DNA of 64,000 nt from Rhina ancylostomus (Eukaryota), in NCBI GenBank assembly GCA_030265395.1, contig JARFYF010000052.1, positions 115,350,241 to 115,414,240 on the forward strand, read 5' to 3'. Position 1 is the first letter of the stretch; each line of letters begins with the position of its first letter. The translations under genes and the position numbers were made by a program. Shown here piece by piece: positions 63,130-64,000 of the stretch. Below the pieces are notes generated by a model that saw only the letters and a list, made by a program, of their open reading frames with translations, did not search any database and had not been told where the DNA came from.

Positions 63130-63475
63130 TTGCACTTACCTGAAAGGGCACAGTGCCAACTCTCAAGAAGCTCGATGCTCTGCAAAGCAGTCCACTTGAT
63201 TAGCATCTCATCAACCAGCCTAAACATTGATTATTTCCACCACAAGCTCCCAGTGTCCACAATATGCACCATCTACAAAATGCACAGCAGTTACCCACCT
63301 GGGCTACTCTTACAATATCCACCATACCTGTGAGCCCTATCACCAAGAAAGACACGGGAAGCAGGCTCATGGAGACACCACCACCTATAGGTTACTGTCC
63401 AGGTCGCTCGCTATCCTGATTTGGAAGCATGTCATTGATCCTTCATCATTGCTGAGTTTGAATCCTGGCACGCCC
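63130..63475 (+). mobile_element. CR1-group LINE ORF2 C-terminal relic (YKMH family)
   Basis: SLNIDYFHHKLPVSTICTIYKMHSSYPPGLL. Confidence 0.7.
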
Positions 63476-63609
63476 CACATGTAGGGAGCAGAAGTGACTG
63501 CCATAGTGGGGACAGGTGTCTGTGTGTGTGAATTCAGGTCTGGTGGGTGTGCAGTACAGCTGACTTTGTCACATTGGTGAGCTACAGTCCCATCTGTCAG
63601 AGCACAAAC

Positions 63610-63810
63610 AACCCTTGTCATATCTCATGAGGTTGTAGAATTTCTTCCAGCAGTGAGTCACTGAGCAGCTCTCCCGATACCACCTCCATGCTACCTCACC
63701 CACAAGGAAATGTTGGTTGGATTCTGGAAAATTGGGGCTCATGCGCCATCTCTCTTGTAGCCAAAACTGCATGCACATCAGAGTGAGGCTGAGTGAAGTG
63801 TTCCCTCCGT
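63610..63810 (-). mobile_element. Possible Harbinger Myb/SANT-like ORF relic
   Basis: GEVAWRW..SVTHCWKKFYNLMR resembles the W.EVA..V..RS..QC.KKF.DL.R trihelix motif. Confidence 0.45.
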
Positions 63811-64000
63811 AGTCAAACAGCAGAAGAATTGCTCACAAAATAGGAAGTATTGAGCTGCTAATGTTCATAAACTGTGTACCAACAGGAATAGAAGCCTTAA
63901 AGTGCCATTTAGATATGGGCATACCAATCATAATCCAATACCATAGGTGATCCACAGCAGCATAAATTGCATAAATTGCTGGTTAACTGTGCAGTGTAAA

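Overview
AT-rich, transposon-dense vertebrate nuclear DNA from a gapped draft assembly. The repeat spectrum (V-SINE/HE1-type SINEs, CR1, Rex1/Babar, RTE, Penelope-like elements, Harbinger relics) points to a cartilaginous fish, most likely an elasmobranch; this is inference from repeat families, not a database match. I cannot support any intact protein-coding gene, RNA gene or CRISPR array. The long ORFs in the track are N-gap artefacts or decayed retroelement frames, so the window looks like a large intron or gene desert with several TE-poor, homeodomain-site-rich blocks that may be enhancers. The most notable structures are two long inverted-repeat pairs (1151-3084 and 57354-57937) whose arms are much better preserved than their interiors, a perfect 28-bp hairpin in a minisatellite, an RTE copy with twin-priming geometry, V-SINEs with a Rex1-like 3' tail alongside one with a CR1-like tail, Penelope termini with hammerhead-like cores, and a solo LTR with a 4-bp TSD. 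I see no clear evidence of a new biological system. Element boundaries were read by eye and are approximate (about +/-30 bp).
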